Source: an uncultured Thermoleophilia bacterium (GTDB lineage Bacteria > Actinomycetota > Thermoleophilia > Gaiellales > Gaiellaceae). From it: 64,000 bases of DNA. The position numbers and the translations under genes were made by a program. Position 1 is the stretch's first letter. Each line of letters begins with the position of its first letter. This document shows positions 44,521 through 54,130 of the stretch, piece after piece. The notes below the pieces were generated by a model that ran no database searches, was not told the DNA's origin, and saw only the letters and a program-made list of their open reading frames with translations. The stretch lies in the NCBI GenBank assembly GCA_963703445.1, contig CAVPEK010000002.1:185154-249153 (forward strand), in the 5' to 3' direction.

Positions 44521-47440
44521 TCAGGGACGCTCCACGCGGCACATCGTCCAGAGATCGCACCAGGCCGGGCAGGTCCCACCCTTCGGGTCGTGGCGTATGT
44601 CACCGGCCTGGATGCGCTGCGCGTAGGCGAGCCCGCGGTCGCGCGCGGTCTCGACGAGCGACCAGAACTCGCCTTCTTCCAGGTAGTCGTTCCGCTGGTA
44701 TCCCGGCAGGTCGTCGATCGCTCCCGCATGCAGCAACCCGCGGGTGACGCGAGCGCCGGCCAGCGCGCGGTAGACGCCCCCGAGCGGCTCGATGCCGACG
44801 AGGTCGCGCAGCACGAGCATGTAGAGCGGGATCTGCAGCTTCAGCTCCTCGTCGATCTGCTTCGCCGAATGCGCGCTGCGGCCCGACTTGTAGTCCTGCA
44901 CGATCCCGCGCGCGCTGTAGGGATCGACATCGATGCGGTCGATCTTGCCGCTGAGGTGGAGATCTCCGCCGAGGTGCAGCCCGCGCTGCAGCTCGGGGGC
45001 GGAGCGATCGGAGCCGAACGACACTTCGAACCGCCGCGGGACGAACTCCAGCGGCGACGCGGCCTCGTCGCGGACGAAGCCCTCGAGGTCCCGGAAGAGG
45101 CTCATGGTCCAGCTCGGCCTCCTGCAGATCGGTGAGGTCGAGCCGAACGCCGCCCCGCAGTGCATCGTCGAGGCACCGGCGCAGGAAGCCCACCGCCTGC
45201 TCGACGTTCTCCGGCGTGACTCGATCGTGGCCGAGCTCCTTCGGGAGCCCGGCGTAGAACTTGTGCAGCGCGCTGTGCGCGACCGAGCCTCGCAGCATCG
45301 GGTCGACCTGTGCGTCGATCGTCCGGGGCGAGATGATGCGCTCGAACAGCCAGGCCGACGAGCAGTCGGCGAAGCGCTCCAGCTCCGTGACGCTGTAGGT
45401 CGTCTTGGCGCCGTAGACGGCGAGCAGCACCTCGCTCGTCAGCCGCGTCTCGCGCCGCAGCGCGGAGCGCGCACGCGCGAGCCGCCGGCCCCAATCGTTC
45501 GCGTCTGCGACTGCGCGGGCGCCGTCGGGGTCGCCGACCGAGAGCTGCGCCAGCGAGCGCAGCCGCTCGCGGTCGGACGGTGCGGCCTCGAGGTTCCACG
45601 TGAGCGCCGAGAGCGGTCGCCGAACAGTCGCCCGCGCCACGTCGTCCTCGTCGAAGACCGCCGCGACCTCCTCCCAGAACGGGCTCGGCTCGCGCGGAGC
45701 GCCGTCGTCGGTGGCCGCCTCGCGGACCAGGTAGAGGCGGCGCGTCGCGCGCGTGCAGGCGGTGTAGAAGAGATAGCGGTCGCGGCTGACCTGATCCGGC
45801 CGCTCGAGACGGCCGCCGAGCTCGCGGCGGGCATCGTCGTCGAGAAACGGCGACGTTCGAGAGCGTCGCGGCAGCGACCCTTCCTCGAGGCCGAGCACGA
45901 ACACGGCCTCGTAGCGCCGAGTCCGTGCGCGCAGCAGATCGACCACGGCGACCCGTCCTGCCTCGTTCGCCGACGCGAGCCTGACCTCCGCGCGCTCGAG
46001 CGCGGCGACCACGTCCTCGGCCTGCACCGGCTCGCCGAGCGCAGCGAACGCCTCGAGCTCGTCGAGCAGCCGCAGCGCGGCGTCGTAGGCCCGCAGGTCG
46101 AGCCGCGAGGTCTCGCCCGCCGGCGGCGCGTCGGTGCCGTAAGCGGCGCGCAGCATCGACCGGATCAGCGCGCGCACCCCCGCCGCCGGCGTTTCGGCAC
46201 TGCGCAGCTCCGCGAGTGCGGGCACGGGTGCCTCGCGCAGCCTCTCCGCCTCCTCTTCGACCCGCGCCGGAGTGTGGATCGCGCGCCCTCGCAACCGGCC
46301 TTCGACGAAGTCGACCGCCGAACGGGCGAGACCCGAATAAGGAGAGCGCAGAAACGCGAACAGCTCGCGGCGTCCCCCGTCGAGCCACGTGTACCGGAGC
46401 AGCTGCAGCAGCGCATGGCCGAGCGGCGTGGCGCCGAGGCGAACCCGCGACTCGATCGCGTACGGGACCCCGAGCCCGCCGAGAACGGTCTCGAGCGGTG
46501 CCCGCCACTGCTCGACCGACGGCGCGACGAGCGCGATCTGCTCGGGCGCGGTGCCTCCGCGGATCAACGAGATCAGTTCCTCGCCGACGAGCTCGAGCGT
46601 GCCACGGGCACCGGCACCCTCGAAGAACCGGATCCCGGCATCGAGCTCGGGCGGCGGCGGAGGAGACTCCTGGAAGAGAGCCCGCTCGAGGTGCGCGAGA
46701 GCGGGATGTGCATATTCGGCCGACCGGGGCGGCAGCTCCTCGATTCGCCCGTCCGCGAGTGACGACAGATCGTCCGCCGTGCGTTGGAGCGATGCAAAAG
46801 CGACGCGGCCGGGCTCATACGGCAGCGACACGTGCACCTCGGTGCGGCCCGCAAGCGCCTCGAGCAGTGACCACTCGGCGCCGGTCAGGTCCTCGAAGCC
46901 GTACGCGAACACGGGCTCGCCGTGCCACGCATCGAGGTCCGACTGGAGCCGCTCGGCCGCCCGGCGGCGGAGCAGGTCGCGATCCCACAGCCCGAGCCGG
47001 TCGAGCTCCGTTCGGTAGGCGGTGTACAGCTGCGCGAGGTCGCCGTCGAGCACCCCTGGATCCACCATCCCCTGCTCGAGCTCACCGAGTGTCTGCAGCA
47101 GGGTGTCGGCGAACCCACCGGTTCGGGCCGAACGCGCCAGGCCGTTCAGCCGCGTCGCCGCGAGCGCGCGACGCACCACGAGCGCCCGCTGGGCGTCGGT
47201 GGCGACCGGACGCTGCTCGGGGTCGAAGCGGATCAAGCGCCGGAACAGGTCGTCGAATGTGCCGATCGAGCCGCTGAACAGGCAGCCGCAGCGCGCGAGC
47301 AGATCGCGCTCGACGCGATCGACGTCCGACGCGTTCGGCACGATCAGGGTCGGTTCGTCGTCGAGGCGCGCCAGATAGCGCTCCAGAAGGAGCGCGACTT
47401 TGCCCGCATGCGCAGGCCCCGCGAGGAGGTGCAGCCCCAC
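44521..47440 (-). CDS. addB: AddB-like helicase-nuclease subunit with a Fe-S/nuclease C-terminus, carrying one apparent frameshift
   Basis: The N-terminus has LLAGPAHAGK (a GTG start at 47440 is plausible). The body lies in ORF 44600..47614 up to ...DLTDLQEAEL. The C-terminus (SLFRDLEGFVRDE...GKIDRIDV...VQDYKSG...CPAWCDLWTMC) lies in ORF 44521..45165. The upstream Cys (FADCSS) plus C-x3-C-x5-C resembles the AddB iron staple. Confidence 0.8.
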
Positions 47441-47501
47441 CTTCCCATCGTAGAGCGGCCGCAGGACGGGTCCCGGGGCCGCTCCCGACGGAAACGACGC
47501 T

Positions 47502-47702
47502 CTAAGCGGCCGCGGCGCCCTTCGGCCGGCGGCCACGCCGCGCGGCGGCGCGGCCCGGCATCTTCCCTGCGCAGTCGTCGCAGAGGTCGGCCACTTTCGA
47601 GCCCCGGCGGGCATCGCCGTAAGTCACGCGAAGCGTCGCCCCGTGCGCCTCATCGACCTCCTTCCCGCAGCTGTCGCAAACCAGAATGGTTTTCCGTGCC
47701 AA
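47502..47702 (-). CDS. Small zinc-ribbon protein with a basic AT-hook-like tail
   Basis: The TTG at 47702 is preceded by AGGAGG with a 5-nt spacing. The protein reads MARKTILVCDSCGKEVDEAHGATLRVTYGDARRGSKVADLCDDCAGKMPGRAAARRGRRPKGAAAA. The track ORF starts at a GTG at 47729. Confidence 0.6.
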   Translation of the reverse strand: MARKTILVCDSCGKEVDEAHGATLRVTYGDARRGSKVADLCDDCAGKMPGRAAARRGRRPKGAAAA

Positions 47703-47821
47703 TTTCGCCTCCTGAGCTTGTTTTCTCACCGCAGTTTACGCAGCGCTGCGCCCAATGCGAATTCAACTGGAAAATCTCCGCGCCATGCACCTGGCGATCC
47801 GATTCGAGAGCATCGCTAATC

Positions 47822-48901
47822 TTGGCCGCCGTGGAACCAAAAACGATCGTGATCCTCGAAGGCGACCAGACCGGGCAGGAACTCCTGGAAGAGTCGCTGC
47901 GCGTCCTCGCCCCCGACGTGATCGGCCTCGAGATCGAACTGCCGCGCTTCGACCTCTCGCTCGAACGGCGCCGCGCCACGTCGAACGGCGTCGTGCACGA
48001 GGCTGCAGCGGCGATCCGCACTCACGGGCTGGGCCTGAAGGCGGCCACGGTCACGCCGGAGACCCGCGACGACGTCGGCTCCCCGAACCGCATCCTGCGC
48101 GAGGAGATCGGAGGCAAGGTGATCGTGCGCACCGGGCGCAGGATCCCCGGGGTCGTGCCGTTCGGCGGCGTCCATGCGCCCATCGCGGTTGTGCGAATGG
48201 CGGTTGGAGACGCCTACGGCGCGAAGGAATGGCGAGAAGGTGAAGGCGACGATGAGGTCGCGTTCCGCACGGAGCGGATCGAGCGTCACGTGTGCCGTGC
48301 CGTCGCCGAGTTCGCATTTCGTGAGGCGGAACGCACGGGTGCGAAGGTGTTCGGCGGCCCGAAGTTCACCGTCTCGCCGACCTACGAGGGGATGCTCAAG
48401 GAGGAGATGGACGCGGCGGCTGCGAGGCATCCCGCAGTCCCGTACGAGCCGCAGCTGATCGATGCCACCTTCGCCCTGCTGGTCGCCTCGACCGGCGACC
48501 CGCTCGTGATCCCGGCGCTGAACCGCGATGGAGACATCCTCTCCGACCTCGTACTGCCGCTGTTCGGGTCGATCGCCGGCTCGGAGTCGATGCTGGTGGC
48601 ATTCGAGGGCGACAACCTCGAACCGACGGCGCTGATGGCCGAGGCCGCGCATGGGACTGCACCGTCGCTCCAGGGAAAGAACATGGCGAATCCGATGGCC
48701 ATGATCCTCGCCGCGGCCGCATTGCTCTCCCAATCCGAGGTCGGTCGACCGGCCGGACGCGCGATTCGCGAGTCCGCTCTCGAGGCGGTCGCGCAGGGAA
48801 CGAAGACCGCCGACCTGGGCGGTGGCGCTTCGACGACGGAGTACACCGACGAGGTGATCCGCCTGACTCGAACGAAGCTCGAGGTCTGGGCCTCTCTCTA
48901 G
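47822..48901 (+). CDS. Isocitrate/isopropylmalate dehydrogenase-family protein
   Basis: The N-terminus is KTIVILEGDQTGQELLEE. The segments NRDGDILSDL and AHGTAPSLQGKNMANPMAMILAAA are typical of the beta-decarboxylating dehydrogenase family. The start is ambiguous (TTG 47822 or GTG 47831), and the upstream 300 aa of the track ORF are antisense noise. Confidence 0.8.
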   Translation: MAAVEPKTIVILEGDQTGQELLEESLRVLAPDVIGLEIELPRFDLSLERRRATSNGVVHEAAAAIRTHGLGLKAATVTPETRDDVGSPNRILREEIGGKVIVRTGRRIPGVVPFGGVHAPIAVVRMAVGDAYGAKEWREGEGDDEVAFRTERIERHVCRAVAEFAFREAERTGAKVFGGPKFTVSPTYEGMLKEEMDAAAARHPAVPYEPQLIDATFALLVASTGDPLVIPALNRDGDILSDLVLPLFGSIAGSESMLVAFEGDNLEPTALMAEAAHGTAPSLQGKNMANPMAMILAAAALLSQSEVGRPAGRAIRESALEAVAQGTKTADLGGGASTTEYTDEVIRLTRTKLEVWASL

Positions 48902-48904
48902 TCT

Positions 48905-49493
48905 CTAGTCGAGCATGCGTTTCCGCCACGCCCGCACGCCGAAGAATCCGGCAGTGCCGAGCACGAGCAGGACGATCACCGCGTAGAGCCCGTACTTGCC
49001 GACCGCCTCGGCGACCTTCTTGCCGGCCCAGTAGGCGAGCAGCGAGACGCTGGTTGCCCAGAGGATGCCCGCCGGCCGCATTCCAGAGAAAGAACTTCCA
49101 CCACTTCATGTGGCTGAGGCCGGCGAGCCAGGCGGCGGTGACCCGGAGGACGGCGACGAAGCGGCCGAAGAAGACGGCCTTCGAGCCGTGCTTCTCGAAG
49201 AACCGCTCGCTCGGAGGCAGCGCTTTGTCGGCGTAGCGGCGAACGAAGCCCCACCGGTTGATCAGCGCACGGCCGCCGTAGCGTCCGAGCGCATAGCCGA
49301 TGTTGTCGCCGATGATCGCTGCGAGCGACGCGACCACGATCACCCAGAGAAGCGAGTACTGGTGATGTTGCGGGTTCGCGAGCACCGCCGCGGTGATCAG
49401 AACGGTCTCGCCGGGTATCGGCACACCCGCCGACTCCACGGCTACGAACACGAAGAGGAGGACGAGCCCGTAGTCGTGGAGGAGCTGCGTCAC
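48905..49493 (-). CDS. dedA: DedA-family membrane protein, with one apparent frameshift
   Basis: The protein runs MTQLLHDYGLVLLFVFVAVESAGVPIPGETVLI...FFGRFVAVLRVTAAWLAGLSHMKWWKFFLWNAAGG. The track frame then turns Arg-rich. Removing one base at GGCGGGC (about 49067-49073) gives ILWATSVSLLAYWAGKKVAEAVGKYGLYAVIVLLVLGTAGFFGVRAWRKRMLD-stop at 48905. Confidence 0.8.
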
Positions 49494-49572
49494 GCGTGAA
49501 GCAGTCTAGGCGGGTCGATCCGTGCCGACTACGTACGGCGGTTGCTGCGGGATGCGATAGCGTCGCCGTCGG

Positions 49573-50649
49573 ATGAAACTCGGTGTCCCGAAGGAGCTGG
49601 TTCCCGGCGAACGTCGTGTCGCGCTGATTCCCGAGACCGTTGGGCGGCTCGGGGACGGCGTGGAGGTGGTGGTCGAGCCGGGTGCCGGTGAGGCAGCAGG
49701 GTTCTCGGACGAGGCGTATCGCGAGGCAGGTGCGGCGACGGGGATCCGTGGGGTGCCGATGTCGTCGCGAAGGTCGCGGCGCCGACGGCCGAGGAGGCTG
49801 CGCGGCTCGCACAGCGGGCAGGTGTTGATCGCGTTTCTTGCGCCGCTGACCGACCTCGCCGGTGTCGAGAGGCTTGCGGCGGCCGGGGTGCAGGCATTTG
49901 CGTTGGAGTCGGTGCCACGGATCACTCGTGCGCAGCCGATGGATGCGCTCTCGTCGCAGGCGACTGTGGGCGGCTACAAGGCGGCGTTGATCGCCGCCGA
50001 CCGGTTGCCGCGCTTCTTCCCGATGCTGATGACGGCGGCAGGGACGATCCCGCCGGCCAAGGTGCTTGTGCTGGGGGCCGGTGTGGCAGGGCTGCAGGCA
50101 ATCGCGACGGCGCGGCGACTCGGCGCCGTCGTCTCGGCGTTCGACGTGCGCCCGGCGGTCCGGGAGCAGGTCGAGTCGCTCGGCGCGACCTTCCTCGATC
50201 TCGGCATTCATGGCGAGGAGACGGAGGGTGGTTACGCGAGCGAGCTGACCGCCGAGCAGCAGGTTGCACAGCAGGCAGAACTGCAGGCGCGCATCCCCCA
50301 GTTCGACGGCGTGATCACGACGGCCGCGATTCCGGGGCGCCCCGCTCCGAAACTGATCACCGCCGAGGCCGTGCGGGCGATGCACGCCGGTTCGGTGATC
50401 GTCGACCTCGCCGCGGAGTCGGGCGGAAACTGCGAGCTGACCCGGCCGGGCGAGGAGATCGTCGAGAGCGGCGTCACGATCGTCGGCACGACGAATCTGC
50501 CGTCGACGATGGCGACGCACGCGAGCCAGCTCCTGTCGCGGAACGTGGCGGCGCTCGTGGGATTGATGGTCGTCGACGGAGCGGTCGTGCTGGACTGGGA
50601 CGACGAGGTCCTCGCGGGCACCTGCGTGACCCGGAAAGGAGACACATGA
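49573..50649 (+). CDS. pntAA: NAD(P) transhydrogenase subunit alpha, part 1 (dI)
   Basis: MKLGVPKELVPGERRVALIPE, RITRAQPMDALSSQ and LVLGAGVAGLQAIATARRLGA are present. An internal stretch of about 21 aa (IRGVPMSSRRSRRRRPRRLRG) is out of frame relative to the conserved sequence; see findings. Confidence 0.9.
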   Translation: MKLGVPKELVPGERRVALIPETVGRLGDGVEVVVEPGAGEAAGFSDEAYREAGAATGIRGVPMSSRRSRRRRPRRLRGSHSGQVLIAFLAPLTDLAGVERLAAAGVQAFALESVPRITRAQPMDALSSQATVGGYKAALIAADRLPRFFPMLMTAAGTIPPAKVLVLGAGVAGLQAIATARRLGAVVSAFDVRPAVREQVESLGATFLDLGIHGEETEGGYASELTAEQQVAQQAELQARIPQFDGVITTAAIPGRPAPKLITAEAVRAMHAGSVIVDLAAESGGNCELTRPGEEIVESGVTIVGTTNLPSTMATHASQLLSRNVAALVGLMVVDGAVVLDWDDEVLAGTCVTRKGDT

Positions 50650-50981
50650 GCCATAACACGCTGCTCGTCTTCGAGGTGACGATCCTCGTGCTGGCGATCT
50701 TCCTCGGCTTCGAGGTGATCTCGAAGGTGCCGACGATGCTGCACACGCCGCTCATGTCGGGGACGAACGCGATCCACGGGATCGTGATCGTCGGCGCGAT
50801 GATCGTGCTCGGCCAGCCCGACAAGGGCGCATTCACGTGGGTGGTCGGCTTCGCGGCGGTCGTCCTCGCCTCCGCGAACGTGGTCGGCGGGTTCGTGGTG
50901 ACCGACCGGATGCTCGAGATGTTCAAGAAACGCGAGCCGCCGAAGCCGGCTGATGCACCGGAGGGCAGTAAGAAGACGTGA
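50646..50981 (+). CDS. pntAB: NAD(P) transhydrogenase subunit alpha, part 2 (membrane)
   Basis: 111 aa with 3 TM helices and HTPLMSGTNAIHGIVIVGA. Its start overlaps the pntAA stop. Confidence 0.9.
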   Translation: MSHNTLLVFEVTILVLAIFLGFEVISKVPTMLHTPLMSGTNAIHGIVIVGAMIVLGQPDKGAFTWVVGFAAVVLASANVVGGFVVTDRMLEMFKKREPPKPADAPEGSKKT

Positions 50982-52369
50982 GCACGGACGTCACCAACCT
51001 GCTCTACCTGGTCACGATCGTGACCTTCATTCTCGCGTTGCGGTTCCTCTCCAGCCCGGCGCACGCGCGTCGCGGCAATCAGATCGGGGCGGCGGGAATG
51101 CTGCTCGCGATCGTCGTCACGTGGATCAACGTCGGCACGACGAGCTGGTGGGCGATCGCCGTCGGGATGCTGATCGGCGGCGGGTTCGGAGCGGTCGCGG
51201 CGCGCAAGGTGAAGATGACCGCGATGCCGCAGATGGTGGCGCTGTTCAACGGCGTCGGCGGCGGGGCGGCGGCGCTGATCGCGCTCGCGGAACTGCACCG
51301 GATCCTCCCCGAGCCGGGCGCCCCGACGGTGGACATCTCCGTGGCGATCGTCCTCTCCGCTCTGATCGGCTCGATCTCGTTCGCGGGCTCGATGATCGCC
51401 TTCGCGAAGCTGCAGGAGCTGATCGGCGGACGGCCGATCACCTATCCCGGCCAGCAGATCGTCAACGCGCTCGTGTTCCTCGCGGCCGTCGTGTCGGGGC
51501 TCGCGCTGATCGCGGGCGTGCAGGACCAGTGGCTGCTCTGGGTGGCGATCGCCGCCGCGTTGCTGTTCGGCGTCCTGTTCGTGCTCCCGATCGGCGGCGC
51601 CGACATGCCGGTCGTCATCTCGCTGCTGAACGCGTTCACCGGCCTCGCGGTCGCCGCAGGCGGCTTCGAGCTCGACAACAACGTGCTGATCGTCGCCGGC
51701 ATGCTCGTCGGTGCCTCGGGCACCTTGCTGACGATGAAGATGGGCCAGGCGATGAACCGCTCGATCGCCAACGTGCTCTTCGGCGCCTTCGGTCAGGTGA
51801 GCGCCGGAGCCGCGGCCACCGCGGCGAGTGGCAGCGGTGCAGTTCGCCCGACCACCGCTGACGATGTCGGCGTGATGCTCGCCTACGCACAGAAGGTCGC
51901 AATCGTCCCCGGCTACGGGATGGCGGTCGCGCAGGCCCAGCACGACGTGCGCGCGCTCGCCGATCTGCTCGAATCGCGCGGCGTCGAGGTCACCTATGCG
52001 ATCCATCCCGTCGCCGGGCGAATGCCGGGGCACATGAACGTGCTGCTCGCCGAAGCCAACGTCCCCTATCCTGCGTTGAAGGAGATGGACGAGGCGAACG
52101 CGGAGTTCCCACGCACGGACGTCTCACTCGTGATCGGGGCAAACGACGTCGTCAACCCGGATGCGCGCAACAATTCGGGAAGCCCCATCTACGGCATGCC
52201 GATCCTCAACGTCGACGAGTCGAAGGCGGTGATCGTGCTCAAGCGCTCCATGAACCCCGGGTTCGCCGGCATCGACAATCCGCTGTTCCTCGAGCCGAAC
52301 ACGATGATGTTGTTCGGCGACGCGAAGGAGTCGGTCGCCAAGCTGACCGCGGCCGTCAAAGCGCTGTGA
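50978..52369 (+). CDS. pntB: NAD(P) transhydrogenase subunit beta
   Basis: It has an N-terminal polytopic membrane domain and the C-terminal dIII segments VPGYGMAVAQAQH, AIHPVAGRMPGHMNVLLAEA and VIGANDVVNP. Confidence 0.92.
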   Translation: MSTDVTNLLYLVTIVTFILALRFLSSPAHARRGNQIGAAGMLLAIVVTWINVGTTSWWAIAVGMLIGGGFGAVAARKVKMTAMPQMVALFNGVGGGAAALIALAELHRILPEPGAPTVDISVAIVLSALIGSISFAGSMIAFAKLQELIGGRPITYPGQQIVNALVFLAAVVSGLALIAGVQDQWLLWVAIAAALLFGVLFVLPIGGADMPVVISLLNAFTGLAVAAGGFELDNNVLIVAGMLVGASGTLLTMKMGQAMNRSIANVLFGAFGQVSAGAAATAASGSGAVRPTTADDVGVMLAYAQKVAIVPGYGMAVAQAQHDVRALADLLESRGVEVTYAIHPVAGRMPGHMNVLLAEANVPYPALKEMDEANAEFPRTDVSLVIGANDVVNPDARNNSGSPIYGMPILNVDESKAVIVLKRSMNPGFAGIDNPLFLEPNTMMLFGDAKESVAKLTAAVKAL

Positions 52370-53307
52370 CGAGCGCTCGGGTCTTCGACGGCCGCCACGT
52401 CGAAGAGGCGGTCTCACCGGAGCGTGCAGTCGAGGCGGTGCGCGCGGCGTTCATCGCGTATGCGCGCGGCGAATGGACGATGCCGCCGAAGGTCTACGTC
52501 ACGAACTATCCCGCCGGAGACTTCCGCGCGATGCCCGCGCTCGGCGCCGGGCACGCGCTGCTCAAGTGGGTGACATCGTTCCCCGGCAATCCGCAACGAG
52601 GACTGCCGACGGTGACCGGCGTCGTGCTGTTGTCCGACGCGGAAAATGGTCAACTGCGAGCCGTCCTCGACGCGGCGACGGTGACAGCGCTCCGCACCGG
52701 AGCCGCTGCGGTGCTCGCGGCCGAGACGCTCGGCCGTCCGGACGCGGAGACCGCGGCGGTGGTCGGCGCCGGCGTGAACGGACAGGCGGCGGCGAGGACG
52801 TTCCTCGCGCGAGGCCGACAGGTGCTGCTCTGGGACGTGAACGAAGAGCGTGCCCGGGAGGTTGCCGACAAGCTCGGCGCCGAGGTCGCGCCGTCGCTGG
52901 AGGCTGCGCTGGCCGCAGAGTTGCTCGTAACCGTCACGCCGGGGCACGAGGTGCTGCTTGCCGAGGGCACGCTTCGTCCGGGACAGCACGTGTCGCTGAT
53001 GGGCGCCGACGGCCCGGGCAAGGCGGAGGCCGCGGTTTCCGAGCTCAGCCGCGCTCGGCTCTTCTGTGACGACTGGGACCAGGCATCCCACGGGGGTGAG
53101 TTTGCGCACGCCGTCGAGGCGGGCCTGCTGACGCGCGACGACGTGACCGACCTCGGACGCGTCCTGACCGGCGAGGCTGAGGGCCGTCAGACCGACGGTG
53201 ACATCACGCTGTTCGACAGCACCGGCCTCGCAATTCAGGACCTCGCGATCGCGCTGGCTGCGCTCGAGCGAGCGGACGAGCTCGACCTGGGGACGCTCTC
53301 GCTCTAG
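52366..53307 (+). CDS. Ornithine cyclodeaminase / mu-crystallin-family protein
   Basis: The GTG at 52366 overlaps the pntB stop (GTGA). The segments TALRTGAAAVLAAETL, VVGAGVNGQAAARTF and LFDSTGLAIQDLA are typical of the family. Confidence 0.8.
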   Translation: MTSARVFDGRHVEEAVSPERAVEAVRAAFIAYARGEWTMPPKVYVTNYPAGDFRAMPALGAGHALLKWVTSFPGNPQRGLPTVTGVVLLSDAENGQLRAVLDAATVTALRTGAAAVLAAETLGRPDAETAAVVGAGVNGQAAARTFLARGRQVLLWDVNEERAREVADKLGAEVAPSLEAALAAELLVTVTPGHEVLLAEGTLRPGQHVSLMGADGPGKAEAAVSELSRARLFCDDWDQASHGGEFAHAVEAGLLTRDDVTDLGRVLTGEAEGRQTDGDITLFDSTGLAIQDLAIALAALERADELDLGTLSL

Positions 53308-53350
53308 AACACACCGACGCGGATGCTTGCTCCCGCGTTAGGGTCGTCAC

Positions 53351-54130
53351 GTGGAGGTCCCGGAGCCCGTCCGTCGGCTGGCGCTGTGTCCGTTTCACGA
53401 GCTCCCGGCCCCGCCTGATGTCGAGCGGGTGGAGCTCGACGGCGCGTTCATCAGCATCAACCGGTGGCCGACCGCGCAGATGGTGGGGATACTCGGCGAC
53501 GGCCCCTCGGATATCGAAGCGACCGTCGCGGCCGCCCGCGCCGTCGCGCGTCAGCGTGGCAAGACGATCGTCGCGTGGTGGGTGCCGCCTGATCAGGACG
53601 AGGTCATCCCGGCGCTCGAGTCGGTGGGCCTCGTGAACCAGGACACCCCCGGGTTCGAGGCGATCGAGAACGCCCTCGCGCTCGTCACGCCACCTGCCGC
53701 CGACGCCGGAGAGGGCATCGAGGTGCGGATGACCGAGACCTGGGCCGACTTCTACGCCGCGTCGAACGTCATCGGGCAGGTGTTCGGTATGCCGCCGGTG
53801 ACCGACGACGAGCTACGCGCGCGCTACGACGACTATCGGAACCCGGAGAACCCGGGACGTGGGTTCATCGCGCTGATCGACGGGCGCGTGGTCGGAACGT
53901 CGTACGCCGCGTTCGGCGATGCCGGTGTGAACCTCTTCGGCGGCTCGGTGCTGCCGGAGGCCCGTGGGCGCGGCGTCTACCGAGCACTCGTCGGGGCGCG
54001 TTGGGACGCCGCTGTGGACCGAGGCACGCCGGCGCTCACGGTGCAGGCGAGCCGCATGTCGCGGCCGATCTGCGAACGACTCGGCTTTGTCTTCCTGGCG
54101 CCCGTCCGCGTCTTCGTCGACCAGCTCTAG
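53351..54130 (+). CDS. GNAT-family N-acetyltransferase
   Basis: The acetyl-CoA-binding region is VLPEARGRGVYRALVGARWDAAVDRG (Q/RxxGxG/A-like). Confidence 0.7.
   Translation: MEVPEPVRRLALCPFHELPAPPDVERVELDGAFISINRWPTAQMVGILGDGPSDIEATVAAARAVARQRGKTIVAWWVPPDQDEVIPALESVGLVNQDTPGFEAIENALALVTPPAADAGEGIEVRMTETWADFYAASNVIGQVFGMPPVTDDELRARYDDYRNPENPGRGFIALIDGRVVGTSYAAFGDAGVNLFGGSVLPEARGRGVYRALVGARWDAAVDRGTPALTVQASRMSRPICERLGFVFLAPVRVFVDQL

Noticed and set aside
41421-44747. Several plus-strand ORFs of 220-430 aa
   Set aside because: All are antisense to addA, which carries clear helicase and nuclease motifs.
48976-52033. Two long minus-strand ORFs (514 aa and 519 aa)
   Set aside because: They are antisense to pntAA and pntB, which are unambiguous. 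The products are Arg/His/Asp-rich with no motifs.
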